Position numbers and translations under genes: made by a program. A stretch of 64,000 nt of DNA, taken from contig CANJWD010000002.1 in assembly GCA_947478475.1 (NCBI GenBank), positions 3,645 to 67,644 of the forward strand. Direction: 5' to 3'. Below, one piece after another: positions 1 to 10,859 of this stretch (the stretch's first letter is position 1; every line of letters starts with the position of its first letter). The notes beneath the pieces were generated by a model that ran no database searches, had not been told where the DNA came from, and saw only the letters and a list, made by a program, of their open reading frames with translations. Origin of the DNA: Enterobacterales bacterium. Its GTDB lineage: Bacteria > Pseudomonadota > Gammaproteobacteria > Enterobacterales > Enterobacteriaceae.

Positions 1-2
1 TT

Positions 3-632
3 CTCAGCCGCTTACTCGCAGGGACTTCATCAACATTCGGTTCTGCACTCGTGGTCACCATCGTAGCATCACTCTGTGGGCTGATCCCTGGCGTGCTCGC
101 TGGGGTGACCCGCGGGTTACGTTCAGCTATTTTTAATCATGTTCTTGATACCCTGCTATCCATTCCCTCTCTTCTGCTGGCAATCGTTGTTGTGGCCTTT
201 GCCGGAGCAAGTTTAGCACACAGCATGTTTGCCATCTGGCTGGCTCTGCTGCCACGAATTATACGCACCCTCTACGACGCCGTGCATCATGAACTGGATA
301 AGGAATATATTGTTGCGGCCCGCCTGGACGGTGCACCCATTCTGCATATTCTTTTTTATGCCGTATTACCCAATATTACCGCAATTCTGGTGACAGAATT
401 CACCCGTGCCCTGTCGATGGCAATACTGGATATCGCGGCACTCGGTTTTCTTGATTTAGGTGCGAGGTTACCCTCAGCAGAATGGGGTACCTTATTAAGC
501 AATTCGCTGGAGCTGCTCTATGTCGCCCCATGGACTGTCATGCTGCCAGGGGCAGCCATACTAATTAGCGTACTACTGGTCAATTTATTGGGTGATGGTA
601 TCCGCAGGGCAATCAACGAGGGGGTTGAATAA
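3..632 (+). CDS. sapC: ABC transporter permease SapC (5' end outside window)
   Basis: Frame open from window edge ([12 protein letters not shown]...), ends ...[19 protein letters not shown]; colinear with E. coli SapC C-terminal two thirds; TAATG overlap with next gene; followed by sapD, sapF, fabI as in E. coli. Confidence 0.85.
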   Translation, partial: LSRLLAGTSSTFGSALVVTIVASLCGLIPGVLAGVTRGLRSAIFNHVLDTLLSIPSLLLAIVVVAFAGASLAHSMFAIWLALLPRIIRTLYDAVHHELDKEYIVAARLDGAPILHILFYAVLPNITAILVTEFTRALSMAILDIAALGFLDLGARLPSAEWGTLLSNSLELLYVAPWTVMLPGAAILISVLLVNLLGDGIRRAINEGVE

Positions 633-1624
633 TGCCGTTACTCGATATCCGCAATCTTACTATTGAATTTATGACCGCAGCAGGCCCCATAAAGGCCGTG
701 GATCGTGTGAGTATCACACTCACAGAAGGCGAGATACGTGGGCTTGTGGGGGAATCAGGCTCTGGCAAAAGTCTCATCGCCAAAGCAATCTGTGGCGTGA
801 CTAATGACCACTGGCGAATCACCGCCGATCGCTTCCGTTTTAATGATACCGACTTATTACAAATTTCCGCCAAACAACGCCGTAAAATGATCGGTCATAA
901 TATTTCCATGATCTTTCAGGAACCTCAGTCCTGCCTTGATCTCGCCGAAAATATTGGCCAGCAGCTGATGCAGGCCATACCTTCCTGGACCTATAAAGGC
1001 AAGTGGTGGCAACGCCTTCACTGGCGTAAATGCAGGGCCGTCGAATTGCTGCACCGCGTTGGCATTAAAAATCATAAAAATATTATGGGCAGTTATCCCT
1101 ATGAACTGACAGAAGGAGAGTGCCAAAAAGTGATGATTGCCATAGCACTGGCCAATCAGCCACGTCTGTTGATTGCTGATGAGCCTACCAATGCCATGGA
1201 ACTCACGACCCAGGCTCAGATTTTTCGCCTGCTGGCAAGTTTAAATCAAAATAACAACACCACCATTTTATTGATTAGCCACGACTTGCAGGTAATGAGC
1301 AAGTGCGCGGGTCGGATCGATGTGTTGTACTGTGGCCAGACGGTAGAGAGTGCAACCGGTGAAGATTTACTGTCAACACCCCATCATCCCTATACTCAGG
1401 CTTTGATTCGATCGATACCCGATTTTGGTCGTTCGCTGCCGCATAAAAGTCGCCTTAACACTCTGCCGGGGGCAATACCTGCACTGGAGCATTTACCCAT
1501 AGGCTGTCGGTTAGGACCTCGCTGCCCCTATGCTCAGAAAACCTGCATTGAAACCCCGCGTCTGCGACTGGTAAAAAATCATGCCTTTGCCTGCCATTTT
1601 CCACTCAACCTGGAGACGCCATGA
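632..1624 (+). CDS. sapD: ABC transporter ATP-binding protein SapD
   Basis: 330 aa, Walker A GESGSGKS, Walker [13 protein letters not shown], Opp/Dpp-type C-terminal Cys-rich tail; same length as E. coli SapD. Confidence 0.9.
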   Translation: MPLLDIRNLTIEFMTAAGPIKAVDRVSITLTEGEIRGLVGESGSGKSLIAKAICGVTNDHWRITADRFRFNDTDLLQISAKQRRKMIGHNISMIFQEPQSCLDLAENIGQQLMQAIPSWTYKGKWWQRLHWRKCRAVELLHRVGIKNHKNIMGSYPYELTEGECQKVMIAIALANQPRLLIADEPTNAMELTTQAQIFRLLASLNQNNNTTILLISHDLQVMSKCAGRIDVLYCGQTVESATGEDLLSTPHHPYTQALIRSIPDFGRSLPHKSRLNTLPGAIPALEHLPIGCRLGPRCPYAQKTCIETPRLRLVKNHAFACHFPLNLETP

Positions 1625-1640
1625 ACCTGGAGATGCCATG
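1607..1640. repeat. 2 x 17 bp tandem duplication spanning sapD stop / sapF start
   Basis: aacctggagacgccatg aacctggagatgccatg (1 mismatch); copy 1 supplies the sapD TGA, so the duplication only adds a 17-nt spacer before sapF ATG. Confidence 0.9.
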
Positions 1641-1641
1641 A

Positions 1642-2442
1642 ATGAGAGAGACAAAACTCGAAGTTTTCAATTTGAGTAAAACATTCCGTTACCGTACCGG
1701 TCTGTTCCGGCGACAGCATGTCGAGGCAGTGAAAGCGGTAAATTTTACACTGCACGAAAGTCAGACACTGGCCATCATTGGCGCAAATGGCTCAGGAAAA
1801 TCAACGCTGGCAAAAATGTTGTCGGGTATGACTGAACCCAGTTCAGGGGAGATAGTGATTGACGGCCATAAACTACACTACGGCGATTATCGCTACCGCA
1901 GCCAGCATCTTCGCATGATTTTTCAGGATCCTGGTACGTCGCTTAACCCTCGCCAGAGAATCGGGCAGTTGCTGGATGCGCCGCTGAGGCTAAATACCAG
2001 CCTCGATCCCAGTGCACGCGAACAGCGCATTCACCAGACATTGCGTCAGGTTGGATTACTGCCCGATCACGCCAGCTATTACCCTCATATGCTGGCTTCC
2101 GGTCAGAAACAGCGCATTGCACTGGCCCGCGCCTTAATTTTGCAACCTAAAGTCATCGTCGCTGACGAAGCGCTGGCTTCACTGGATATGTCCATGCGCT
2201 CTCAGATTATCAATCTGATGCTAGAGCTCCAGGAAACACACGGTATAGCCTATATTTATGTGACTCAGCATTTGGGAATGATGAAACATATCAGCGATCA
2301 CCTCATCGTTATGCACGAGGGCGCCATCGTGGAACAGGGCAATACCATCGATGTTTTATCCGCTCCATCACATGAGCTCACGAAAAGACTCGTTTTTAGC
2401 TATTTTGGTCACTCGTTCTCCTCGTGTGACATACCGCAGTAA
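1642..2442 (+). CDS. sapF: ABC transporter ATP-binding protein SapF
   Basis: 266 aa, Walker A GANGSGKS, signature SGQKQR, Walker B VIVADEA; colinear with E. coli SapF. Confidence 0.9.
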   Translation: MRETKLEVFNLSKTFRYRTGLFRRQHVEAVKAVNFTLHESQTLAIIGANGSGKSTLAKMLSGMTEPSSGEIVIDGHKLHYGDYRYRSQHLRMIFQDPGTSLNPRQRIGQLLDAPLRLNTSLDPSAREQRIHQTLRQVGLLPDHASYYPHMLASGQKQRIALARALILQPKVIVADEALASLDMSMRSQIINLMLELQETHGIAYIYVTQHLGMMKHISDHLIVMHEGAIVEQGNTIDVLSAPSHELTKRLVFSYFGHSFSSCDIPQ

Positions 2443-2501
2443 CGTGAAGAAAGATCGTATTAACCGTATCGTTTTTAAAAATAACCACAAGGATTATTGC
2501 T

Positions 2502-3290
2502 ATGGGTTTTCTTACCGGTAAACACATTTTGATAACAGGTGTTGCCAGCAAATTGTCTATCGCCTGGGGCATTGCACAGGCAATGCATCGCGAAGGTGCC
2601 AGGCTTTCTTTCACTTACCAGAACGACAAACTGAGATCCAGAGTCGAAGGATTTGCCGCTGAACTCGGCTCTGAGATCATTCTGCCCTGCGATGTAGCGA
2701 ATGATGCCAGCATCGATGAATTATTCGTCGTACTGGCTAAATCATGGCCACAATTTGATGGTTTTGTCCATTCGATCGCTTTCACTCCCGCCGATCAACT
2801 GGACGGTGACTACGTCAACGCGGTAACCCGTGAAGGTTTTAACATTGCCCACGATATCAGTTCTTACAGCTTTGTCGCCATGGCAAAAGCCTGCCGTTCA
2901 ATGCTTAAGGCTGGCTCTGCCTTATTGACCCTCTCATACCTGGGGGCAGAACGTGCTATTCCTAACTACAACGTAATGGGCCTCGCCAAGGCATCGCTGG
3001 AAGCTAACGTGCGTTATATGGCCAGCGCTATGGGCCCTGACGGTACGCGGGTCAATGGTATTTCTGCCGGACCAATCCGTACACTGGCTGCATCGGGCAT
3101 TAAAGATTTCCGCAAAATGCTGGCCCACTGTGAGGCAGTCACCCCGCTGCGCCGCACCGTCACTACGGAAGATGTCGGTAACTGCGCGGCCTTTTTGTGT
3201 TCTGATCTGGCTTCAGGCGTTACCGGAGAAATTTTGCACGTTGATGGTGGCTTTAATATCGGAGCAATGAATGAGCCGGAACTAAAATAA
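2502..3290 (+). CDS. fabI: enoyl-ACP reductase (NADH) FabI
   Basis: 262 aa, [33 protein letters not shown]..., SDR fold with [12 protein letters not shown] catalytic Tyr/Lys; same length as E. coli FabI. Confidence 0.95.
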   Translation: MGFLTGKHILITGVASKLSIAWGIAQAMHREGARLSFTYQNDKLRSRVEGFAAELGSEIILPCDVANDASIDELFVVLAKSWPQFDGFVHSIAFTPADQLDGDYVNAVTREGFNIAHDISSYSFVAMAKACRSMLKAGSALLTLSYLGAERAIPNYNVMGLAKASLEANVRYMASAMGPDGTRVNGISAGPIRTLAASGIKDFRKMLAHCEAVTPLRRTVTTEDVGNCAAFLCSDLASGVTGEILHVDGGFNIGAMNEPELK

Positions 3291-3761
3291 CGGCAGGCTA
3301 ACAGCACTGCCTGACATCAGGACTATTGTGCAGTTCAGAGTAAAAATAACAGGTGTTAAATATCTGATACAAAATTAACTTTTGTTGACAATTTTTTACG
3401 AAAGGTGTGAGGACACAGACTATTGTGACGTTGTAGGATTGCCTGGTTGTCGGAGTTAGTTGATCCGATAACGACATCGCTTCATAAGTCGCTTCACCTT
3501 AAAAGGAGTTATCTATAATGTCAGATATTTTAAGCCGGAAGACAGGAACTGCGCTGCAGAATACACAAGCTTACACACACAGAAGGGGAGGGGCGTACCA
3601 CCAGTGATGACTGGAGTAGCACAGATGGCTGGACTGCAAAACATTCCCTGGAGGAGATGTTCCGGGATCTGGCTAAATGGCTGGGTATTAAATTACCCTA
3701 TGAGCCCGGTCCGCAGCAGATTTCCCAGAATCTGTCTCTGGAAACCACAGTGCAACAAGTA

Positions 3762-3809
3762 CCAGAAGTTCATAATCCAGAAGTTCGCAATGCTCGCAAT
3801 GTTCACAAT
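3762..3809. repeat. 2 x 15 bp plus two 9-bp partial copies (PEVHN PEVRN ARN VHN)
   Basis: ccagaagttcataat ccagaagttcgcaat gctcgcaat gttcacaat, in frame in the RTX-like gene. Confidence 0.8.
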
Positions 3810-3827
3810 GATGAGATAACCGCTGCT

Positions 3828-3851
3828 GAAACTGCCATAGAAACTGCCATA
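3828..3851. repeat. 2 x 12 bp perfect tandem duplication (ETAI ETAI)
   Basis: gaaactgccata gaaactgccata. Confidence 0.9.
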
Positions 3852-4157
3852 AAGGAAAAACGCCACACTTTTAAACCCGGCCAGGGTCATAAAACTACCG
3901 ATGCTCAGAGCAGGTATAATTATCATCTGAAGGCCGGACCAGGCATCGGCAGAGATGATCTGGTTTTTGAAAAAACTGGCAACGATCTGAAAATAATCGT
4001 CAAGGGTAACAACTCTGATAGCTGGACATACAGAGAGCATTTTAGCAAGCAGAAAAATGCTAAACTCATTTTCATAACAGTCGAAGAAAAAATAGGTGAT
4101 AAAAAACAATCATTTAAACTCAGTGGCAAGCATTTTCCAGCGCTAATAACTCTGCAA

Positions 4158-4181
4158 TCAGCAGGTGAATCAGCAGGTGAA
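4158..4181. repeat. 2 x 12 bp perfect tandem duplication (SAGE SAGE)
   Basis: atcagcaggtga atcagcaggtga. Confidence 0.9.
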
Positions 4182-4414
4182 AAAGGCGATGCTATCCAAA
4201 GTCTCAGAAAGAGAAGCTATTGGGACGGTAAAGAAGTCCTGAGCAGAAAAACAGCAGCGGAGAATCTTTTTGAGTTTACGCCAGGTGGCAATTATACCCT
4301 AAAATTATCCGGGGCAGGATTGCACGCGCTAGTATTTCCTGATCACCAGAATGCCCTTTTCAACAAGAATTTATTCTCAGAACGTGATGGCGATGATCTG
4401 AAACTAATGATGCT

Positions 4415-4422
4415 GGGGGGGG
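4415..4422. repeat. G8 homopolymer at the frame break of the RTX-like gene
   Basis: ctgGGGGGGGag: with 8 G the frame reads LGGE-stop. With 7 G it would read LGGSKSEAINVRVPGYFDHE..., running straight into ORF 4450-5193. Confidence 0.9.
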
Positions 4423-5235
4423 AGTAAATCAGAGGCTATTAATGTCAGAGTGCCGGGTTATTTTGACCATGAGGTGCGCGGAAAAATCGGGGAGTTACGC
4501 CTGCAAATAGGAAAATATTCCAGGCTTGATGGCAACCATCAGATCGATGAACAGGTTCAGAATGGTGGGTTGGTGCTGATCAGTGGATCTCATGACGGGA
4601 ATTCCGGACTGGGTATGACTGGTAATAGCAAAGATACCCTCCACCTGCTGAACCATGAATCGTGGCCCATTCAGGATGATGGTGAAAGAACTACTGGCCA
4701 CTATACCCTGCGTGAATACGGTGGCTCCGATACGCTGAGATTCGAATCCCTCTCCAGGGAGGAGCTGGTTTTTGAAAAATCTGGCGAGGACCTCAAAATA
4801 TGGATCGGAAAAAAGGGCTCTGCGGCCAGCGTGACCGTTGAGGGACAGTTCAGTCGGAAGAAGAGCAAGAAAGTTGAGCGTATCGAAGCAGGGGGATATG
4901 TGCTCCTGACCGAAAAATTGCCATCAACAGAAGGCCCCCTGGCGCTGGCAGCAGACGTTTGGGAGAAAAAAACAGCTCCCAGCTACTGGTGGCTGGCGGA
5001 TACAGACACACCTGGCGAGGGTATTTCGTCTGAGAGTTTACTGCCAGAAATGGTGGCGTCCTTTCATTCCTCTGCTGACCGGGAAAAGCGCAGCATTGAA
5101 TCCTGCCTCTGCTCGCCGCGGCGTGATGATATGCCGCTTGCTGGTTATTGTTATTCACCAGCGGGCCGGACAGATTCCCTGCTCGGCTGTTAATAAATAA
5201 CATGTCAGCAAAAACAATGCAGCGTGTTTTGAAAT

Positions 5236-5266
5236 AAAAAACACCGCCCAAAAGGGCGGTGTTTTC
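5236..5266 (+). terminator. rho-independent terminator after the RTX-like gene
   Basis: aacaccgccc-aaaa-gggcggtgtt (10-bp stem, 4-nt loop) followed by TTTT; A-run on the other side makes it potentially bidirectional. Confidence 0.85.
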
Positions 5267-5426
5267 ACTCCGCTTCCTTAAAATCCAATATTTGTTCCGA
5301 ACAAATCAGCCTGAGTAACACTGTAAAGGTACTCGGGCTGAAAATATAATAACCCTGCACTTCATCGGTTGTCCTCCGGCCACTAATTCCAGATAATGGG
5401 CGGCTTTGGTTCTCTCTGGCATTCTG

Positions 5427-6011
5427 ATGACTGAATACCTGCTACTGTTCGTGAGTACTGTTTTGGTAAACAACTTTGTGCTGGTTAAGTTTCTTGGCCT
5501 GTGCCCGTTTATGGGCGTATCCAAAAAATTGACTACTGCTATCGGTATGGGGATCGCAACCACTTTCGTACTGACTGTCGCCTCTGTGTGCTCCTGGGTG
5601 GTTAATAGTTTTATTCTTCAGCCACTAGGATTAGCCTGGTTGCGCACCCTGGCATTTATTTTTGTGATCGCGGTAGTAGTACAATTGACTGAGCTGATGG
5701 TGCGCCAGACAAGCCCGCTACTTCATCGGTTGTTGGGGATTTTTTTGCCGCTCATCACCACTAACTGTGCGGTACTCGGCGTCGCTTTGCTTAATATTTA
5801 TCAGGCGCATAATTTTCTTCTGTCCGCCATATACGGTTTTAGCGCCGCCATCGGTTTCTCTCTGGTTATGGTGCTGTTTGCCGCCATGCGTGAACGTCTG
5901 GCGGTGGCTGATGTGCCTGCACCTTTTCGCGGCCAGGCCATTGCGCTGATTACCGCCGGCTTAATGTCTCTGGCTTTTATGGGGTTTAACGCTCTGGTGA
6001 AATTCTCATGA
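5427..6011 (+). CDS. rsxA: SoxR-reducing / Rnf-type complex subunit RsxA
   Basis: [34 protein letters not shown]... colinear with E. coli RsxA. The tracked ORF starts at an upstream TTG (5406); ATG 5427 matches the orthologue start. Confidence 0.9.
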   Translation: MTEYLLLFVSTVLVNNFVLVKFLGLCPFMGVSKKLTTAIGMGIATTFVLTVASVCSWVVNSFILQPLGLAWLRTLAFIFVIAVVVQLTELMVRQTSPLLHRLLGIFLPLITTNCAVLGVALLNIYQAHNFLLSAIYGFSAAIGFSLVMVLFAAMRERLAVADVPAPFRGQAIALITAGLMSLAFMGFNALVKFS

Positions 6012-6592
6012 TGTCGTTATTGGTAGCGATTGTTGTATTAAGTCTGCTGGCTCTGGTCTGTGGCACACTACTGGGCTTTGCGAGCAAGCGTTTTCAGTCA
6101 GACGAAGACCCTGTTATTGAGCAGGTCAATAGCGTACTACCACAAAGCCAGTGTGGCCAGTGTGGCCAGCCAGGATGTCGCCCCTATGCGCAGGCGGTTT
6201 GCAGTGGGAGCGAGAAAATCAATAAATGTGCACCGGGTGGCGAACAGGTTATGCTCAAACTGGCAGCGCTGCTTGGTATAGAACCGCAACCACTCGATGC
6301 GGACGGCGATGACACCCCGCTCAATCCGTTGCCAGAAGTCGCCTTTATCGACGAAAGCAACTGCATTGGCTGCATCAAATGTATTCAGGCCTGCCCCGTT
6401 GATGCCATTGTTGGTACCACGCGGGCATTACATACCGTCGTCACCGATCTCTGTACCGGTTGCAGGCTATGCGTTGCCCCCTGTCCGATGAATTGTATCA
6501 AAATGATTCCTTTCACTGATAGAAGAGAACGCTGGAAGTCTGACCTGACAGCCATTCCACTACAATTCATTGAAATAACATCGCATGTTTAG
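6008..6592 (+). CDS. rsxB: Rnf-type complex subunit RsxB (Fe-S)
   Basis: 194 aa, conserved [14 protein letters not shown] motif and two 4Fe-4S ferredoxin motifs ([24 protein letters not shown]); ATGA overlap with rsxA. Confidence 0.9.
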   Translation: MMSLLVAIVVLSLLALVCGTLLGFASKRFQSDEDPVIEQVNSVLPQSQCGQCGQPGCRPYAQAVCSGSEKINKCAPGGEQVMLKLAALLGIEPQPLDADGDDTPLNPLPEVAFIDESNCIGCIKCIQACPVDAIVGTTRALHTVVTDLCTGCRLCVAPCPMNCIKMIPFTDRRERWKSDLTAIPLQFIEITSHV

Positions 6593-8210
6593 CCTGTTTT
6601 TCTCCGAAAAAAAAAATAGAGTTCGAAATTTTTCGGGCGGCATACAGCCAGACGATATGAAGCGGCACTCTGCCAGAGTGCCACTACGCACTGCCTCAGT
6701 TCCGGAGATGTTTATCGTCCCGCTCCGGCAGCACTCAGGGCCAGCAGGTGAACTGCTGGTAAAAGCAGGTGAACAGGTACTGAAAGGCCAGCCGTTGACA
6801 CACGGCTGGAATCGCTGTGTACCGGTACATTCCCCTGCCTCGGGTACTGTCAGCGCTATTGCCCCCCATATTACTGCCCACCCTTCCGGATCACATACGC
6901 TCTGTGTACATATCAAACCAGATGGCCTGGAGAGCTGCTATCCACAAAATCCCGTCAGTGATTATGCTCAGCTGGATAGCCACCAGCTGCTTGAGCGCAT
7001 ACATCTTGCCGGGATTGTCGGTTTGGGTGGGGCCGGGTTTCCCACTGCAGAAAAATTAAAAAGTGCGGCGATTAGCACTAATACCCTTATCATTAATGCC
7101 GCGGAATCTGAGCCTTATATTACCAGCGATGATCGCCTGATACAGGAATATGCCGGTGAAATCGTGCAGGGAATCGATATTCTCGCTCATATTTTGCATC
7201 CCAAACAGATCCTCATCGGCATTGAAGATAATAAACCCGAGGCCATTACGGCCTTGAGTCACGCTCTGGGTGAGCATCACAGGGCTTCACTGCGGGTAAT
7301 TCCCACCCGATACCCCAGTGGCAGCGCCCGACAACTGACAAAAATACTTACCGGACGGGAAGTTCCCAACGGCTGTCATTCGTCGGCTATTGGGGTATTA
7401 ATGCAAAACGTTGCTACGGTACTGGCTATTAAACGGGCAATTATTGATGGTCAGCCGTTAACAGAACGGGTAATCACCTTAACCGGCAGCGCATTAAGCG
7501 CACCGTGCAACGTCTGGGCGCGCATCGGTACCCCGGTCAGGCATCTGCTGAATATGGCTGGTTTTAAACCTCAGGCGGCGCAAAAAATAGTGATGGGAGG
7601 CCCGCTGATGGGATTCGCTCTTCCCAGCCTGGATGTACCTGTTATTAAAACAAGTAATTGCCTGCTGGTGCCAGAATTATCAGAAACCGGCACAACACCA
7701 CCAGAGCAACCCTGTATTCGCTGTGGATTATGTGCGGATGTTTGTCCTGCTGGCTTATTACCACAACAGCTCTACTGGTTCAGCAAGAGTTCCGCGCACG
7801 AAAATGCTCGTGCTCACCATCTGTTCGATTGTATAGAATGTGGTGCCTGCGCCTGGGTATGCCCGAGCCATATCCCTCTGGTACACTACTATCGGCATGA
7901 AAAAACAGAAATTCGTGTGCAGGACGAGCAACAAAGCCGTTCTGCCGCTGCAAAAGTACGCTTTGAAGCCAGGCAGCAGCGCCTTGATCAGGAAAAACTG
8001 AATCGGGAAAAACTGACACAGCAGCGATCGCAACAGGCAATGGATCCTGCGCAGCACGGTACCACACAGAGTGATGAGTCCTTTCCACATAAAGCCGCCG
8101 TTGCCGCAGCCATTGCCAGGGTAAAAGCTAAAAAGCTCGCTCACCTTAGCACCTGCTCATCAAACTCTCCTGACGCCGCTGATACCTCGTCAACAACGGT
8201 TTCAGAATGA
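6585..8210 (+). CDS. rsxC: Rnf-type complex subunit RsxC, with a short C-terminal tail
   Basis: 541 aa, NADH/FMN-binding-like core GLGGAGFPT and two 4Fe-4S motifs ([24 protein letters not shown]). It ends soon after the first [16 protein letters not shown] unit, whereas E. coli RsxC carries a long repeat tail. Confidence 0.85.
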   Translation: MFSLFFSEKKNRVRNFSGGIQPDDMKRHSARVPLRTASVPEMFIVPLRQHSGPAGELLVKAGEQVLKGQPLTHGWNRCVPVHSPASGTVSAIAPHITAHPSGSHTLCVHIKPDGLESCYPQNPVSDYAQLDSHQLLERIHLAGIVGLGGAGFPTAEKLKSAAISTNTLIINAAESEPYITSDDRLIQEYAGEIVQGIDILAHILHPKQILIGIEDNKPEAITALSHALGEHHRASLRVIPTRYPSGSARQLTKILTGREVPNGCHSSAIGVLMQNVATVLAIKRAIIDGQPLTERVITLTGSALSAPCNVWARIGTPVRHLLNMAGFKPQAAQKIVMGGPLMGFALPSLDVPVIKTSNCLLVPELSETGTTPPEQPCIRCGLCADVCPAGLLPQQLYWFSKSSAHENARAHHLFDCIECGACAWVCPSHIPLVHYYRHEKTEIRVQDEQQSRSAAAKVRFEARQQRLDQEKLNREKLTQQRSQQAMDPAQHGTTQSDESFPHKAAVAAAIARVKAKKLAHLSTCSSNSPDAADTSSTTVSE

Positions 8211-8284
8211 ACAGCTACCTGTTTAAGTCAGTAAAAGACAGACATGGCTGATAATCAGGGTCATCAGACCCGTAGTCATAAGAA

Positions 8285-9079
8285 TTAAACGGCCACCGGC
8301 GCTTTAATTGCGGGATAAGGGTCATATCCTTCTACCACGAAATCCTCTAAACGATAACCAAATAGCGAATCTGGTTTACGTGTTATAACCAGCTTTGGCA
8401 GGGCACGAGGCTCACGCTGCAATTGCAGATAAGTTTGATCCATGTGATTGCGGTAGATATGAATATCTCCCCCACTCCAGACAAAATCACCCACGGCAAG
8501 CTGGCACTGATGAGCCACCATGTGCGTCAATAGCGCATAACTGGCAATGTTAAATGGCAGGCCAAGAAATACATCACAGGAGCGCTGGTAGAGCTGGCAG
8601 GAAAGCGTGCCATCTGCAACATAAAACTGGAAGAGGGCATGACAGGGCGCCAGAGCCATTTTGTCGAGCTCACCGACATTCCAGGCGGAAACAACGATAC
8701 GGCGCGAATCGGGATCCTGCTGTAACTGTGTAATGACATTGTGCAACTGGTCAATCTGACGGCCATCAGCAGCCCCCCATGCACGCCACTGTTTACCGTA
8801 TACCGGGCCAAGGTCGCCGTTTTCATCGGCCCAGCCATCCCAGATTGAGACAGCATTTTCACGCAAATAACTAATATTGGTATCACCATTCAGAAACCAC
8901 AAGAGCTCGTGAATAATGGAACGCAGATGACAGCGCTTTGTGGTCACCAGCGGAAAACCGTCCTGTAAACTGAAACGCATCTGATGCCCAAAAATGGAAA
9001 GCGTTCCCGTATTGGTCCGATCGTTTTTCCGGACGCCTTCATTCAGTACTTTTTTCATCAAGTTCAAATATTGTTTCAT
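8285..9079 (-). CDS. thyA: thymidylate synthase
   Basis: 264 aa, [15 protein letters not shown]...[12 protein letters not shown] (active-site Cys), same length as E. coli ThyA. Confidence 0.95.
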   Translation of the reverse strand: MKQYLNLMKKVLNEGVRKNDRTNTGTLSIFGHQMRFSLQDGFPLVTTKRCHLRSIIHELLWFLNGDTNISYLRENAVSIWDGWADENGDLGPVYGKQWRAWGAADGRQIDQLHNVITQLQQDPDSRRIVVSAWNVGELDKMALAPCHALFQFYVADGTLSCQLYQRSCDVFLGLPFNIASYALLTHMVAHQCQLAVGDFVWSGGDIHIYRNHMDQTYLQLQREPRALPKLVITRKPDSLFGYRLEDFVVEGYDPYPAIKAPVAV

Positions 9080-9080
9080 T

Positions 9081-9962
9081 TTATTTCAGATTACTCACAG
9101 AGAGTGGTTGCTGCGAACGGTGATATGCCCAGAACATCATAACAATTCCCGCGAAAATCATCGGGACAGAAAGCATCTGCCCCATACTGAAGCCGCCGAA
9201 CAGACCCATCTGCTGATCAGGCTGACGAAAATATTCAACAATAATACGCAATAGTGCATAACAAATTAAAAATAAACCAGAAACACTGCCCGTCGGCCGT
9301 GATTTACGGATAAATACATTCAGGATGACAAACAGGACAACCCCTTCCAGTATAATTTCATATAGCTGGGAAGGATGACGTGGTAATACGCCATACTGGT
9401 TAAACAGAGTCTGCCATTCAGGATTGGTGGCAGCAATAGTGCGGTCTTCACTCCACGATGCGGGGAAAAGCATGGCCCACGGCGTACTTGTGGTCACGCG
9501 GCCCCACAATTCACCATTGATAAAATTCCCCAGGCGACCCGCTCCCAGACCAAACGGAACAAGTGGCGCAACAAAATCAGCAACCTGGAAGAAACGCCGC
9601 TGAGTACGGTGGGCAAACCATAACATCACGCAGATAACCCCAATTAAGCCGCCATGGAATGACATGCCTCCATCCCAGACCTTAAACAGATAGAGTGGGT
9701 TATGCACAAATATCGAAAAATTATAAAAAAGGACATAGCCCACTCGACCGCCAATAAATACACCCAAAAACCCCGCATAAAGCAAATTTTCCACGTCATT
9801 TTTCGTCCAGCCACTACCCACTGTATTAGCCCTGCGTAATCCCTGCCACAGGGCAAAAGCAAACCCGACCAGGTACATCAGGCCATACCAGTGCAATGAA
9901 ACGGGGCCTAGTGAAAAAATAACGGGATCAAACTGAGGAAACAGCAGATAGTCATTGTTCAT
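9081..9962 (-). CDS. lgt: phosphatidylglycerol-prolipoprotein diacylglyceryl transferase
   Basis: 293 aa polytopic membrane protein colinear with E. coli Lgt ([21 protein letters not shown]..., [14 protein letters not shown]); directly upstream of thyA as in E. coli. Confidence 0.95.
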   Translation of the reverse strand: MNNDYLLFPQFDPVIFSLGPVSLHWYGLMYLVGFAFALWQGLRRANTVGSGWTKNDVENLLYAGFLGVFIGGRVGYVLFYNFSIFVHNPLYLFKVWDGGMSFHGGLIGVICVMLWFAHRTQRRFFQVADFVAPLVPFGLGAGRLGNFINGELWGRVTTSTPWAMLFPASWSEDRTIAATNPEWQTLFNQYGVLPRHPSQLYEIILEGVVLFVILNVFIRKSRPTGSVSGLFLICYALLRIIVEYFRQPDQQMGLFGGFSMGQMLSVPMIFAGIVMMFWAYHRSQQPLSVSNLK

Positions 9963-10085
9963 CCATCATCACCAAAAAAGAGTTACTGTTTTTTATCTCG
10001 TTAAGGGGAAAGCGGCTACCAGCAGCGCCTGAGAACAGACAGGCTGCCCAGGTTTGGGACAGAAAGCAAATCGCTTTATCTGATA

Positions 10086-10610
10086 TCATTTTTTGCAATG
10101 GCGGGCCGGTAACGTTCGCAGCAGAAAATTTTCCTGCATCGCCAGCGCGGTCGTAGCAAACTCTTTCATCACTCTGCGATAGACATCATGTTTAAAAGAG
10201 ACCACCTGACGCACTGGATACCAGTAGCTGACCCAGCGCCAGTCATCGAACTCTGGAGTACTGCTGCGGTGTACATTGATATCCGCATCATGAGAGATTA
10301 ACTTTAATAAAAACCACCGCTGTTTCTGACCAATACACACAGGCTTTGCCTCCCAGCGCACCAGACGTTTTGGTAATTTATAACGCAACCAGCCGTGGGT
10401 AGAAGCCAGAATGCGGACATTTTTTCTGCTCAGCCCCACTTCTTCAAAAAGCTCACGATACATCGCCTGTTCCGGGGATTCACCTTGCTTAATCCCTCCC
10501 TGAGGAAACTGCCATGAGTGCTGACCACAACGCCGGGCCCATAAAACCTGGCCCCGTTGATTGCAAATTACGATACCCACATTAGGGCGGTAGCCATCAT
10601 CATCGATCAC
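10086..10610 (-). CDS. rppH: RNA pyrophosphohydrolase (Nudix)
   Basis: 174 aa, [17 protein letters not shown]..., Nudix box [23 protein letters not shown]. Confidence 0.95.
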   Translation of the reverse strand: MIDDDGYRPNVGIVICNQRGQVLWARRCGQHSWQFPQGGIKQGESPEQAMYRELFEEVGLSRKNVRILASTHGWLRYKLPKRLVRWEAKPVCIGQKQRWFLLKLISHDADINVHRSSTPEFDDWRWVSYWYPVRQVVSFKHDVYRRVMKEFATTALAMQENFLLRTLPARHCKK

Positions 10611-10859
10611 CAGACTACCTCAATACATCCAGAACTAAAAATTGTTCCGATTGTTTCATACTCGCCACAGACGGTAAACGGGGTCACGATGGCAAAGTAC
10701 AAAAATACCTTTAATTCAGGCAAATAGCCATATAAGCAGGATTCAGTGCGTTAAAACATTCGGGTACGATAGCATCGTTCGGAGTAACCATTTTGCGGCG
10801 CGCCAGTACAGGTGTGTACAGCCAGCACCGGTATTAAAAGTTAACACGGCGCTTTCCAT

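Larger units (their letters stand above)
3518..5193 (+). pseudogene. disrupted RTX-family / HCBP-related repeat protein (three reading-frame pieces)
   Basis: Good RBS (AAGGAG, 9 nt) before ATG 3518, but that frame stops at 3605-3607. The sequence continues in ORF 3657-4427 and ORF 4450-5193. Three copies of the motif D-x-L-x-F-E-K-x-G-x-D-L-K-I (DDLVFEKTGNDLKIIVKG, NLFSERDGDDLKLMMLGG, EELVFEKSGEDLKIWIGK) plus YGGSDTLRF and a C-terminal ...LLPEMVASF..., as in haemolysin-type calcium-binding protein related domains. The frame break between the last two pieces is at a G8 run. Confidence 0.6.

Noticed and set aside
3385-3413. TTGACA hexamer upstream of the RTX-like gene as its promoter
   Set aside because: No acceptable -10 hexamer lies at 16-18 bp spacing (tgagga / gtgagg / gaggac), so I cannot support a promoter call from sequence alone.
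6150-6175. Apparent 9-bp tandem repeat cagtgtggc cagtgtggc (QCGQCGQ) in rsxB
   Set aside because: This Cys-x-x-Cys-x motif (QCGQCG.PGC) is a conserved Fe-S ligand region of RsxB/RnfB in E. coli as well. It is a functional motif, not one of the lineage-specific slippage duplications.
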